From NCBI RefSeq assembly GCF_009914755.1, contig NC_060930.1: DNA of 64,000 bases. One strand, 5' to 3'. Position 1 is the stretch's first letter. Each line of letters begins with the position of its first letter. The position numbers and the translations under genes were made by a program. Below the pieces are notes generated by a model. That model saw only the letters and a list, made by a program, of their open reading frames with translations. It was not told the DNA's origin and did not search any database. Source of the stretch: the human T2T-CHM13v2.0 reference genome, Homo sapiens. Below are positions 24,280 to 38,105 of the stretch, piece after piece.

Positions 24280-25850
24280 TTTTCTCCGCTTTTTCTTTAT
24301 GAAACTCCTATTTTCTTAGGATACTGAACCTCCTAGATTAAGCCTTTAATTATCTTAGCTTTTCTCCCTTATTATCTATTTCTTTAATGTTACTTCTTCC
24401 TGGGTGTTTTCCTTGACTTCATCTTCTTGAATGATGAGCATTCTTAATTTCAACTATAATTTTTAATTTCTAAGTGCTTTTTGCTCTGACCAGACTGGTT
24501 TCATTAATTTGCATTCTTGTTTTATGTCACTAAAGATATGAAAAAGCAATACTTTATAGCATTTTTTCCATTCCTTGATTTGCCTCTGTTAACTCTTAGT
24601 GTATTTTTATTATTACCTTTTGGGGCAGGAGTACCTTTACTTTTACCTTTACTTTTACTTTACTGTACCTTTACTTTTCATGTTGAAGGTTTTCCTTAAA
24701 TATCTGGTTATTTTCTCCTATTTAAAAACAAGACATTAAAATGATGATTGGAAGCCCCACTCTATTGGTGGCATCTTAGTTCATTTTGTGCTGTTAGAAC
24801 AAAATGCCACTGACTAATTTAGAGCGAACAGAAATGTATTCTGTCACAGTTTAGATGGCAGGGAAGTCCAAGATCAAGGCAGTGGCATCAGGTGTGGGCC
24901 TTCTTACTGCATCCTTACGTGATAAAAGGCAGAAGGGCAGGAGGGAACCAGCTCCCTCTGTCAAGGCCTTTTATGAGAGCACTAATCCCATTCATGAGGG
25001 AGGAGCCCTTGCAGTTTAATCATCTCTTAAAGGCTCACCTCTTAATACCATCACATTGGTAACACCTGGATTTTGGAGGCGACACATTCAAACCACAGCA
25101 GTAGGGCTTGACAACTAGTGAATCTCACTGTAGAGCAATGAGCAGGCATCCAGCTCTTTTAGGTTTTTATTTGTAGGTCTAGTCAGTTCCTGAGATTCCT
25201 AAGAGAAGAATCCTCCAATCTCGTCCTTGGGATAGAAGGCTGGCTACTAGTACGCTCAGCTTAGATGATGGAAAACCTCCTCATTAGATACAACATGTTT
25301 CTTGTATTTCCCTGGTTTTCTATCCAGCATCGAATCACTTCTCTCATCTGTGCTTGGTATCCACAATTCCAAAAACTGTTTCTGCAATTCCTCTAAGAAA
25401 TGGATCTCTCAGCTCTCTTAGGGCACAGGAAGGGTAGTCATCTAACTTCTCAGAATGAAGGTGGGCATTGGCATCCAACTGCTCCTTAAACAAATAGTCC
25501 CCTTGTTCTCAGCCTCCTCTCTTCCAGGCTTTGGGCTTCCAATTTCTGAGAATTCCTGGAATCTGGCAGGGTAAACTACTGAGCTTCTCAGTGGTAACCT
25601 CCCTCCTCCCCTCCACATACACACTTGTAAATTTGACCTTTGATCTGCCCAATGGTTGAAATTCACCCAACCATGTGCAATCTTCATGTGTTATAGTTTG
25701 GAGTTTTAGATGTTTCCTGGTTTCATTAAAGATAAAGCTGAGCACCTGTAATTGTGCTGTGGTTGTTACTGTTCTTGTTATTGTGTGGTAACTTCTGAGA
25801 GGAGAATTGGGCAGAGACATTGTTACTTTTACCTCCTATCTTATAACTGA
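24280..25850 (-). mobile_element. Ancient L1M/HAL1 5' region fragments flanking an MST LTR
   Basis: T-rich diverged sequence (ataatttttaatttctaagtgc...ttttcatgttgaaggtttt); boundaries uncertain. Confidence 0.4.
24772..25100 (-). mobile_element. MaLR solo LTR (MSTC/MSTD/MLT1A-like)
   Basis: gggaagtccaagatcaaggca...cactaatcccattcatgaggg...acattcaaaccacagca. Confidence 0.85.
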
Positions 25851-26539
25851 TAGAGCTTCTTATTAGTAGAGGAAAGATTGTTGTTTATTTTCTTAGGTGA
25901 GAATAGAAAATTATTCTCTTCTAGTTGGAAAAAGCCTGTCATATGTATATTTCTTCATATTCTCAGCATGAATTCTAACCTAAATGATTTCTTTCTTTCT
26001 TTAGATGCCTAATACATACAAAGTTAGGAAAGCTAAGGCAGGAAGCCAAAAGGAAACACTGTTTTCTTTTTCTCCCTGGCAGTCTCTCAACATTTTGGGC
26101 TTCATACACTATCTCCACTAAATAACAGAGGGAGAAACTGAGATAGAAAGTGAATCCCAAAGTGTTGAAGGATATTATGCCATCAAAAGCTAATGTCTGC
26201 ATGTAAGAAGGGGATTTCAACCCCAAGTTTTCTTTCTAGAATGCTAAGGGCAGGCAGGAAAATTATGAGGAAAGAAAATACTTAGGATTTAGTAAAATAG
26301 ATACCAAACTTTACATAGGAGTTTATTTCTTCACAATATTTTCTATGTTATATTCTAAGAACAAAAGCACACAATCTTCTTCTGGGTAAGGATAAGCTTT
26401 TGTTTGACACACATGGCTCGCATGCAGATCCTGCCACCACCATCTTTCTAATTGGACTGGAGTTCATATCTTTTCTCATTTGGCTGCCATTCATCCAAAC
26501 TACCTCCCACTCTTCCTTTGTCTAAGAAATTTCCCACTT

Positions 26540-26990
26540 TGAAAGTCCTGTTGGGAAGGAGAGTTATTTCTCACTACATAGGCTGAGGCACTGAGGCTGT
26601 CAGATTCATAATTTCCCAAGTCAATCTTGCAGGTAGAGTGCTGGCACTTGACCAAATCAGGTGCACCTGCTCCAGCCAGCAATGTAAAGGCACAAGGATT
26701 TGAGAGGAAGGGAAATGCTGTTTTTGTAGTGCCAGATGCAGCAGCAAAATCAGGTTCCCAGGGCAACAGTAGTATCAGCAGTAAGCACGGCTCTGTGCCA
26801 GCAGGGTCTACTTTGGCAACCTAAGTGCATCCACTACCACTCTGCAGCTGTAGTGACAAAGGTCTTTATGGAGCCACTGAGCCTGAGCCAGGTCCTGCAG
26901 ATTCCTGGTAATTCTATCCATGACCCACTATATTTTCAATAAATCCCCCTTCTGCTTAAGTTAGCTGGAACTAAGACCCTGACTGATACC
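26540..26990 (+). mobile_element. Old MaLR/ERVL solo LTR (MLT1-like)
   Basis: 3' end ttcaataaatcccccttctgcttaagttagc...cctgactgatac; 5' boundary uncertain. Confidence 0.55.
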
Positions 26991-29900
26991 TGTGGGTTTC
27001 ATATGATGATTGAAATAACTGAGAGCTAAAGGTGCAACTCTTGACCTATTAAATGACAACAAATACCATACGGGTAAGAATATCTAGCCATACAAATGCT
27101 ACAGATAGGTAGATATTTCCTTTGGTACCCACACATTTTTTGTTAGTTTGAACAATATAATCCTGTTTTCAGAGTCCTACTCCAAGAAAAAGTGCTAATA
27201 TTCTTTTAATCTTGCAAATTTCATGGACCAGAAGACTCAGGGTTCTTGGTGACCCCACTAGAAGCTAAGACAATGTGAAATCCCAAATGAGCAAGCCAGC
27301 TATTCCTACTCATCATCATAACTGCCTAACTCATCCTTCAGACACCAGCGTGTTCAAGGAGCTCCTCTGGGTCTATACACCTGCATTTAAAATGCATATT
27401 CAGGCCAAAAGGAGAGAGAAGGTATGTGCACAGAGGAAATTAATGGCTGTGGGAATCATGTTTGAGCACTCTTTTAGTAAGCAAAGCTAATGAGAGTACC
27501 CATGCCCTTTTTTTGTTTAGTAGTGGTGTCCAGGTGGTGGTTTTAGGTATAATTATTATAAATAATGCCAGTTTAAGCTTCAGAGAATCAAAGGTAAATT
27601 CCTGAGAGAATTTTATTTTCTCAGGATTTAAATAAGCAACTCAAAAAGAAAAGAGAGGCAAAGGAGAATGTTTTCAATAATAAACAAACAGCTATTTTAT
27701 AGGAGAAAGTCTAAACAAAATATTAAGAATCAACCCAATGCAATGCAGCAAAATACTTTTGAGAAATGATACCATGTTAGGTGCTGAAGAGTTATAGAGA
27801 TAAAAAGGACTTGGGCCTACCCTTAACTAAAGTTGACAATTTGAGTGAGAGGTAGCAAAAAGTGGAAAAAATACTCAAATATCAGAAGATAGTTAAGCAT
27901 GACAAAAGGCAGAACGGGATCAACCAGAAGAGATGTAGCAAGAATCATATTTTTTATTTGTTTTTCAATGTCTGTATTTTTTTACTTCCAAAGCTGCCAT
28001 CTTGTGACTTTCCACACACCGAGGCTGAGATGCTTACCATTTTCAGGGAGAAGGTAGATCTGTCTAGAATAAAGAAGACACAGGAACATTATGATTTTTT
28101 TACATTTAGAGGGTTCACAATAGACAGAAAACCCTCTGGCTTTCAATAGAAAGAGCTGGATGCTTGAAAGAGAAAGCCAGTTTCTCGGGAATCTCAAAGA
28201 TGGGCTTTGAAATTCCAATTGGCCAAGCCTAGAAGACTGGATTATAGAGTTCTAACTGTAAACACAGAGTATGGAAATGCAGGTTAGGGAATGGGGCAGG
28301 CATTTGAGGAAGCCCATCCTGTGGCTGCAGGAGCCGCCCAGAAAATTGAGATGCTTGTCTTGGGCCACCTTGGGGCTGAGAGCCTTGTCGGGGATGTAGA
28401 ACCCAGGATGGCTGGGAATCCAGAGTGTAGGAGGCTTGAGCATCAGTTCCCTTCAGGACCTCTTGGAGGGGACCTCTTCGCAAATTAACTGAGCCACCCT
28501 GGGCCACAGTCAAGTAGAATTGCATTTAGGCTGAGAGGGTCTGAGATAGATCCCTAATCTTTACTCCAGCTCAGAGTGAAACCAATCCAGAAAATCCCTG
28601 GAGTCACTGCAGAGGGGCAAGAAAGACATCTGAGAAAAATAAATAAATAAATAAATAACAGAATGTGATGAGTCCTTATGCCTGCTTGAAGAATGCTGCA
28701 TCATAGGGAAAGGGGACCATTCACAGAGGCTGCAAGGTAGACAGCTCAAAGCCAGAAGACAGATGGGTCCATCAGTGAGCCTCACAGGGTCAGCAGCACT
28801 GGTGAGAGCAGAGTTGAGGGAGGAGAGAACAGAAAGGGACCGTGGCCGTGCCAAGAGAAGAAAAGAACAAGCTACACCAGCCAGAGAAGCCTTCAAAACA
28901 GACACAGAGAGACTTCATACAAAGCCAGCCAGGCCCACCTGCCTGCCCCTGCCACGAGAAGCCCATGCTTCATTTCCATGTGCTGGAAGTGAGAAGGGAG
29001 AACACCTATGAGGAGACACCGATCCTAGTGGGGAACATGAACCTTGATTGACTAAATTTAAGTCCTGATTTCACTAATGATTGAGTAAACTTGAAGAGGC
29101 AAGATCATGTGTTTTCTAGAACTGATTGGTGGCTGATGAGTAAGTTAGACCCATTTATAGGAAACTGCTTCTATTTCTACACACGAGTCAGTGTGTACAT
29201 GGTGCGCACAACACAAAAGATACACACCAAATATGGGGACACTGAAGGAAGGAGACACTGTATTAAGTTGGGGGAGCAGAGCGATTGGGCCGCCACTGGA
29301 TGTTTTGGACTATGCCTTAGTGAATTTATGGGATTCTGACACACAGAAATGAGGTGGAGGCATTCCATGTGGCAGAAAAATGTCTATCAAAGTCTAGGAA
29401 ATTGGAGTAGGTAGGAAATGATAAGGAAAAAAATAATGGTCCAATTTGGCTGGAAACTACAGTCCTCATAAAATTATATGTATGCTCTGCCAGAGCCTGT
29501 GCTTTGTCCCTAAGTGCTGGGAAGAGTTTTATAAACATTTACGGTATAAAATATATTCTGAGCAGAGTGATGCCTGGAAACTTATGCCCATTACTTAAAA
29601 ACACTGTTGTCTCTGGTTCCTGTTCCTTACTGCAAATGTAGTAGACAAGCTTGCCATCAAATATTGCCTCTAGTGGGAATACTTCTGTATTCGGCCTCAG
29701 CCCACAGAGAAGGAATCTTCCATCAATATTTTGTCCTTTCATCAGATGCTAGGAAAGTTTGCACCATTCTGCCCATCCCTACTCCTTGGATGGAAGCATG
29801 GCTAATACAAGGAATGTGGTGGTTCCATGTATATGAGGTGGGGTTCAAGCAGTTTTATTTTGACGAATCTCCAAAGGTGATCTAGAAATACAATCTTGAT

Positions 29901-29999
29901 CTCTGCTTTTTCTATCACTCTCTTTGTCTCGCATTTCTTCATACCAATTTGGAAGAATATCTGCTACGTAGTTGGTTTCAATAAATATTTGTTGAATGA

Positions 30000-30326
<327 letters not shown>

Positions 30327-30334
30327 CCATTTCT

Positions 30335-30515
30335 TAAACTTTAGCATGCAATGGAATTCCCTAGTAGGCTTGTTAAAACAGACTGTGGAGGTCCACCTGA
30401 AGAGTTTCTGATTGAGTAGGTCTAGGGTGGGGGCTAAGAATCTACATTTCTAATTAATTCCCAGGTGATGACAATGCTGTTGTTAGAAAGGGCTACACTT
30501 TGAGATCCAGTGGTC
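30335..30515. mobile_element. MER5A MITE
   Basis: cttgttaaaacagact...tttctgattgagtaggtctagggtggggg...ttcccaggtgatg...cactttgaga. Confidence 0.85.
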
Positions 30516-31399
30516 TAGGTAAACCCCCTGAATACTTTAAACATAACCCCAAACTTAATGGGACCTTTGAATGGCTTGCCTACCATTTTCCTGGAAGCTT
30601 TTAGAAAAGATGTTTCCCTATGTTTCATTACATAAGTTATAGGAGCAACTTAATAGCATAAATTATAGGCATTGAAAACTGTTGCTGAAACATATGGAAT
30701 TTTTATTAAGAATTCCAGGAATCAGAGACTTCTGAATAAAATGTGAGTCATCATTTTCTATTCAAAGTTTGATGTTATACTCTAAAATAAGATTTTTAAA
30801 AAGCCATAGGATTTCTATTTTTTTACCCTAAACTGGCCTCCTTTAATATCAAAACAAAGCAAAAATCAGGCTCCCTTTCTGGAGTGATTGAAAATTAGAT
30901 AAAGAGGACTGTATTTCTGTCCATTATCTGGAGGAGAATCCATGTGAGAACGTGGGATTGCCTCGTTATCTTTTTAACCCTACAGAAGAAACAAAACAAA
31001 ACACCATTTTCACATTCTGCCAAGTACCCACAAAGGACCAGGTTTCTGCCTTGTTTTCTAGACACTATAAAAATATCAGAGCTGCTTAATTTTAAAAAAT
31101 CTTCTGCAAAAATTTAAGGTTTTTAAACTTTCAAACACTAATACTTAAGATTTATGTTAAGTCATAGCTTTCCTTGGTAAGATTACTCTTGAACTTCCCT
31201 AATTTGTAGTTTCAATTCTATTAGTTGTCTGTAGAGTCAAATATTTTGTTTGATCACTATAAATAATAAGTGTTTACTTTATAATGGTGTATATTGTTTT
31301 TATCATGTGGACTCTCACTACTTAGAAGTTTAAGTGGTCAAATACCCTTGTTTCTGTAAGCCAGCTGAGAACCATAACTCCAATTATACCTAATTGGAA

Positions 31400-31775
31400 A
31401 TATATACATACATAGATAGATAGATGCATATATATGCAAAATGCATATATATAAATACATATATATGTATATATATATAAATACATATATATGTATATAT
31501 ATAAATACATATATATGTATATATATAAATACATATATATGTATATATATAAATACATATATATGTATATATATAAATACATATATATGTATATATATAA
31601 ATACATATATGTATATATATAAATACATATATATGTATATATATAAATACATATATGTATATATATAAATACATATATATGTATATATAAATACATATAT
31701 ATGTATATATATAAATACATATATGTATATATGTAAATACATATATATGTATATATATATACACATATATATATA
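31400..31775. repeat. AT-rich minisatellite, ~22-24-bp unit ATATATATAAATACATATATATGT, about 13 copies
   Basis: Seen directly; it produces the YI-repeat ORFs in the track. Confidence 0.97.
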
Positions 31776-33176
31776 ATATTGGAGCTAAAAAGGCTCTCTC
31801 AGAGAGCCAGACTGCACATGAAATTCCCAATAAAATGTCTGACACAGCTCTGAACTACAGGGCTTCTCAAATTTATCCACAACTCTGAACTTTTGATGTA
31901 GTCCTACAGTGGACAGACATGTTGCTCATAAGGGCAGAAAATAACAGTCTGAAGAAGTGTTCCCAGATCTGGCCTTTTTATTAGAAACCTCACTTATCCA
32001 AAGACTGATGCTTATTAAGCTTGACATAACTCCTCCCAGACCTGAGACTTCAGCTTCAGATTTATTTTCCTTGTTGTATTTTATAAGACATGAAAAATTA
32101 AACACTCTCATATGTCATTATTATTTGTAATTGCAGGTCGTATTTTGCAGGCTGATTGCTCCCTGCTGCCCCTGTGTTCTATGAGTATGTGTAATTTTGT
32201 GCATTAGAGAATTTTCTATTTGTCTGCCAATGGGCTCTTTTGCCAAGATGTAGGCAGGCATAGATATCAAAAGCCTTCAGAGCAATAGCAAAAACAGAAG
32301 CTTGATTCAAATCACTTTTATGAAAGGAAACTCTTTTTTTCACATAATTTGGTAGGAATTCATCATTGTGCTACAGAGTGAATGGAGGCTAACAGAAGCA
32401 AGAAGGGTCAAAAAGGAAATAGATACAGAACATGGGCTTGAGAGTGGAGGGCATAGAACAGATGAGTGTCAAGGTAGATAAGGAAGATTTTGGCAAGTAA
32501 GAATCAGGAGCGAGAATGGCAAGTTTGGGAAACAAGAGTGCAAAATGAGTGAGGGCGCCAAGGTGCCAGATGAGAATGCCTAGAGAGGATGGCAGAGGTG
32601 AAACTGGCATTGGTGAAATTGACAGAACTATGTAGGAAGCAGGCCAGACTCAAACAAAACTGAGACCAGCAGCCAAGGCTATGACTATAAGACTAATGGA
32701 GATGCAAGACAGTGAGATGGAAGCAAAACAGACAATCAATTTTGACTATTCTAATGAGCCTTAATTAACTACTTTGGCTGAAAACCTCCCATGACAGAAC
32801 ACAGCAGCCTCCAGAGCAGCTTAAAGAAACTGTCAGGATGTACATCAGCTGTTAACAGAACTCATCACTTTAATTTTCTTTAGCCAGTCATTTTCTACTG
32901 TATGGGTGAATGGTCAAAGGTGTGAATCTGAATTCACCAAACAAGATGCAAAAAAAAAAATAAAGTTATGAGCTGTATTTATGTTACTAGCAGAAACCTT
33001 CCTTAGGAGATCATTAATATTTCAGGAGGTCCAATTAATAAGAACCATTTCTACATAAAATTTTGAATTCCTTAGGCAAGCCACCAGGCTAGATAAAGAA
33101 ACCCACCAGATGCCTTATAAGTTGTATTATCCTGTTATCCTTAGAAATGAATGGATATTGAATTCAACCCCTAAGT

Positions 33177-33304
33177 CAGTGGTTCCCACTCCGGATAGCA
33201 CGTTAGAATTACATGGGGGAAATGCTGATTAGCCTGGGGTGGAACATGAGTATTGAAATTTCTTAGGAGCTTCCTATGTGATTGAAAGGACTGAGAACTA
33301 TTGC
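33177..33304. mobile_element. MER5-like MITE, internally deleted
   Basis: cagtggttccc...ttagaattacatgggg...ctgagaactattg. Confidence 0.55.
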
Positions 33305-34667
33305 TATGTGGAAGAGACTCAATGAGGAAAACACAGCTCTAACTACCACAATATTAAAAATATGTTTTAAGATGTAGCGAGGATTTCCTAGGATATCATG
33401 CAAACTTTGCTTCTACTTCTTTGGGTAAAAGGCATGTAGTGACGTTAGCCAATCTCAATATCATGGGCTCATCTCCTGAGGTTACTATGCCTCTTTTTTC
33501 TTTAAAGAAAAAGAAACAAGAGCATGTTGCTTAATCAAGCTTACTTAATTTGTGCATATGTCCAATAAGTTTCAATTGCTTTGTGAGATAGTATTGTTGG
33601 GTCCTGTTCCTTTTCTGTCCATTATAATTTGTGCAGCCTAATTTATCCTTTCAGTTTCTGAGTATGTATTCAATGCTTTTAAGTGACAGACAGAGGGGAA
33701 ATGTCTGTAGTATTTCAAATAGAGATCTAAAGCAGTGGAATGGTTTAACCAAGGCAACTGCTAAAAAGCAAATAGATGGCTTCAGGCCCAACAGAAATAG
33801 ATATTATATCAAAAGAATGCTTTCTAAAAAGTAATATTTGGAAATGAAGATAAACACAAACTTTGGAAGACTCAAGAATGTCATTTTGATACAGGAACAA
33901 TGTCTAATGACAATTCAGAAATCATTGGTTAATAAGAAACATATAAGTGTATAAGTATGGCCAGACTTAACTAACTTAGGGTTATATATGCATATTAATT
34001 GACAGACATTAGCCATGACCTATAAGTTTAAATGAAAATTAAAATTCTACTAAATATTAGATAAGAATAAATCTTAAGTCTTATAAAGCACTATAGGCAT
34101 ATGAAGAGAGTAGTACTATAATGTTAGCATGAATATTATTCATTTTGACTTCTTAGTTAAATTATCCCCTGGTCTAAGATTATATTCAAAGGCAAAGTAC
34201 TATTCAAATTCATCTAAGGTGTAAAAGCAAGAACAAAGACCCAGCAAATTGAGGTCATTCAAATATATTTTTAAAATAATAAGCACAATAAATTAAAGCA
34301 AGAATTCTCAAGGAAAGATTAGATTTTCTTGCCCTACATAAAAATCTTTGAAACACTTAGCAAAAATAATTCAAATGGCAAAGTACAAACTGAGGGTCTT
34401 TTAGGGCAGCTTGGCAATGGAAGGGCCAAGGAAGGATAAGAGGAGCATATGGTCAGCCAGCATGAGTCAAGGAAAGATCATAAGTAATCAGAGAAATCGA
34501 AGAAGTATCCAATTTTTATTTTGATCTGGTTTCAGCATTGCAAGACATGAAAATTTTCTCACTGGAGCATAATAATAAGGGTTTTGAGGATGAAATCTAG
34601 ATTTCCTTTGGAAAGTCATTTCACATTGAAATGTCAGTTTTATTTATGTGAATATAAACTTGAATAT

Positions 34668-35500
<833 letters not shown>

Positions 35501-35895
35501 TATTAAAATATAATAGTAAATAGATCTTCTTCAAAATGAGTTCGATCTTCAAAATGAGTTAAAGCCACATCTGTCTTCAAGTCTTCCAGATGTCATCAGA
35601 TGCCCAAGCCTCCTTCTTTACAAATTGATGAGGCTTCACCCTTTCCCCTTGTGGTTCATAAATTCTGATGTCCTTCATGCTGTGCTCTTTGATTTACTAT
35701 AGGAGATGGCACCTTTTCCCTTCCACTACATAAAAAATTCACTCAGAATTACCCATTTGCTGTTTCTTATAACTTAATTTAAATAATATAATTTAAGAAC
35801 TTGTTTTTTGCCCTTTATCTATACATGCAACTGCTACACCAGACAAATTCCCAAAGGCAGGTATGGTATATTTAACTCTCTTCAGATGATTTCCA

Positions 35896-35916
35896 CACAG
35901 CACCACGGAGATAAAG
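35896..35916 (+). promoter_or_regulatory. Candidate RE1/NRSE (REST) site
   Basis: CAGCACCACGGAGA matches the core of TTCAGCACCACGGA(C/G)AGCGCC with correct spacing; the 3' tail is divergent. Confidence 0.4.
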
Positions 35917-37397
35917 AATTTTATTGATGCTTTTATCATTTAACAAGCACATGGCAAAACAAGTATACATTTTATAGACAGAAAACCACAGATAAGTGGT
36001 TATTTTAAGTCAAGCTATCAAAGCAAATCAAATTAGGTGAGGTTGGAGAAAAGAACTTTCCAAAACAAGTCACCAAAAATTTCTTTCAGAAACCATTTTT
36101 GGCAGGTTCAAAATACAGTTTTCTGGACACATACTTTTCATACTTAAAATGAGGCATCCCATTAATGATCTCTTTTTGTTCTCTTCCCAATATAGTCCCA
36201 TCATAGATGCTGTGGGACATTAGGACTAGAAGGAAACAGAACTATCTAGTTTCTCCATTTAATAGATCAGAAAACAGAGGCCCAGTAAGGTGAAACAAAT
36301 AAAAGCATGAGAACTATATTGACATCATAGGTGAAAGCATGGGCTTGGATTGCTTGTGAACATTATTCAGAATCAGGAGCAAAAGGGAAAGATTCTCACA
36401 CTCTCAGGCTTCCAAATGACAACACTCTTATTCATAGCTTCACCTTGAGAATGGATAATAGCCACGAGCCAGTGGAGCGGAAGGCCAGAGGAGAGAAGGG
36501 TGTCACTCACGCTGACAAAGTACACCAGCAATAATGAGAAAATGCACACAGTCCCTTGAGCAATGATAGTTCAACTTGGTTTCCCTCAAAGAGTCTAAGT
36601 TTTAGTTTAAACATTTTCAGCCACAGCTTGCTTGATTTTTAATAAACAGGCAAGTTGATAATCTTTCTTCTGAGAATTTTATCTCTGGTGCTAAAGCAAA
36701 TTTAAATCAGCATGCTGTGTAATTGTACATTTTCAGCAGATATAAAAACATGCAGTAGCAAATAGCTAACCTCCTCCCATAGCCTTTACCCCACCCTTGT
36801 CTCTTCCTCTCCCCTCTTTCCACCTGTGTGATGCTGTGAAGACATGCCAGGCAGCGTTTTCAGGCACGTCTCATTCATGCCATGAGCCTTCCCTCTCCGA
36901 AATCTCTGTTTCCGCACAATCTCCCTCCTCAGATCTATAGCTGAAGACAATGGGAAAATGAGAGAAAATGCAAGGGCTCATTAAACAAACGTAACACTCC
37001 ATCACATGCAGTGATGAAAGTTTAGTTCCATTTTAACTCCAGGGGCCTCCAAACAAAACTTTCACAAAGAACTCACTCCCATGTCATCTGTCTCCCACTG
37101 CCACCATCACAGGAAAAGGCTCCAGAGAGTTTTTGTTGTGTTCTCGGAGCATCCCTTTTTTCTTGGGTCCTTCTCACCAACAAAGGCTTTAGAAAGCCTC
37201 AAAAAGCATACTGGCATTACAAAGAGGTTTACAGACAGTGATGTTTATTCAATAAATGCTGCCTGCTTGCTGCTGCCACTGCTACATCTCAGAACTGTGA
37301 TGGGTGTTGGGATACAACAGTGAAGACACAAATCTGGTCCCTGGAGCTCTGATTCTAGTGACAATTGACTAATACTAAATCTCCTAATGAAAAGAAA

Positions 37398-37472
37398 TGG
37401 TCTGGATTTAAAGTTCAAACAAATTTTATCACCTGGTCTGGATTTGAGGTTCAGATAAACCTCATTACCTGG
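37398..37472. repeat. Diverged 36-bp tandem duplication
   Basis: tggtctggatttaaagttcaaacaaattttatcacc / tggtctggatttgaggttcagataaacctcattacc / tgg. Confidence 0.85.
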
Positions 37473-38105
37473 CATGAACGAGAGTTTGCTCATGGACATA
37501 CATTCGTTGGATTAGAATGTCTTCTTTTCCTGTTCCCTGCTTGCTCTATAGAAAGGCTGGAGGTGTCTTGATCATCTGGCTAACTTCCTGCACCTATAGC
37601 AAGACCAGACATATAGTAGGTATTCAATAAATTCTCGATGTGTGAACAAATTAAGAAATAGCTTCAGCCTTAGGATTCATTTTTTAAATTTCATCCAGGA
37701 AGTTCCAGGATAAAGATAGTAAAGCCTTCAAGATAATAAAGACAAACAAGATTGGCAAGCAAAATAAAGTTGTGTCAAAGGAACAATCCTGGGAAAGGCA
37801 TACAGATGATCAGATCACTAGAACTTTGATTAAGGAGAGTGAATCAGGTGGTAAACAAGCCATGGTAAGAAATGGAATCAACATGATGAGTCATCAGTTC
37901 CTAGCAGTGGTGCTTCAGAGAATCAGATTTCAAGAGGAAAAGTAAGTTCAAAGCCAGCAAGCATTCATAAAGAAGCAAAGTGACAGAAACCAAGAGTGAG
38001 TGATGGACCTGTGGTAGGATCTTTTTGCCCCCAGCTTTATTAAGGTATAATGACAAATGAAAACTAGATATTTATGGCATACAATCATAAATATAGTTAT
38101 ACATA

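Noticed and set aside
31322-31845. Long YI-repeat ORFs and a CRISPR-like periodicity
   Set aside because: A simple AT minisatellite with no unique spacers, in eukaryotic DNA with no cas genes.
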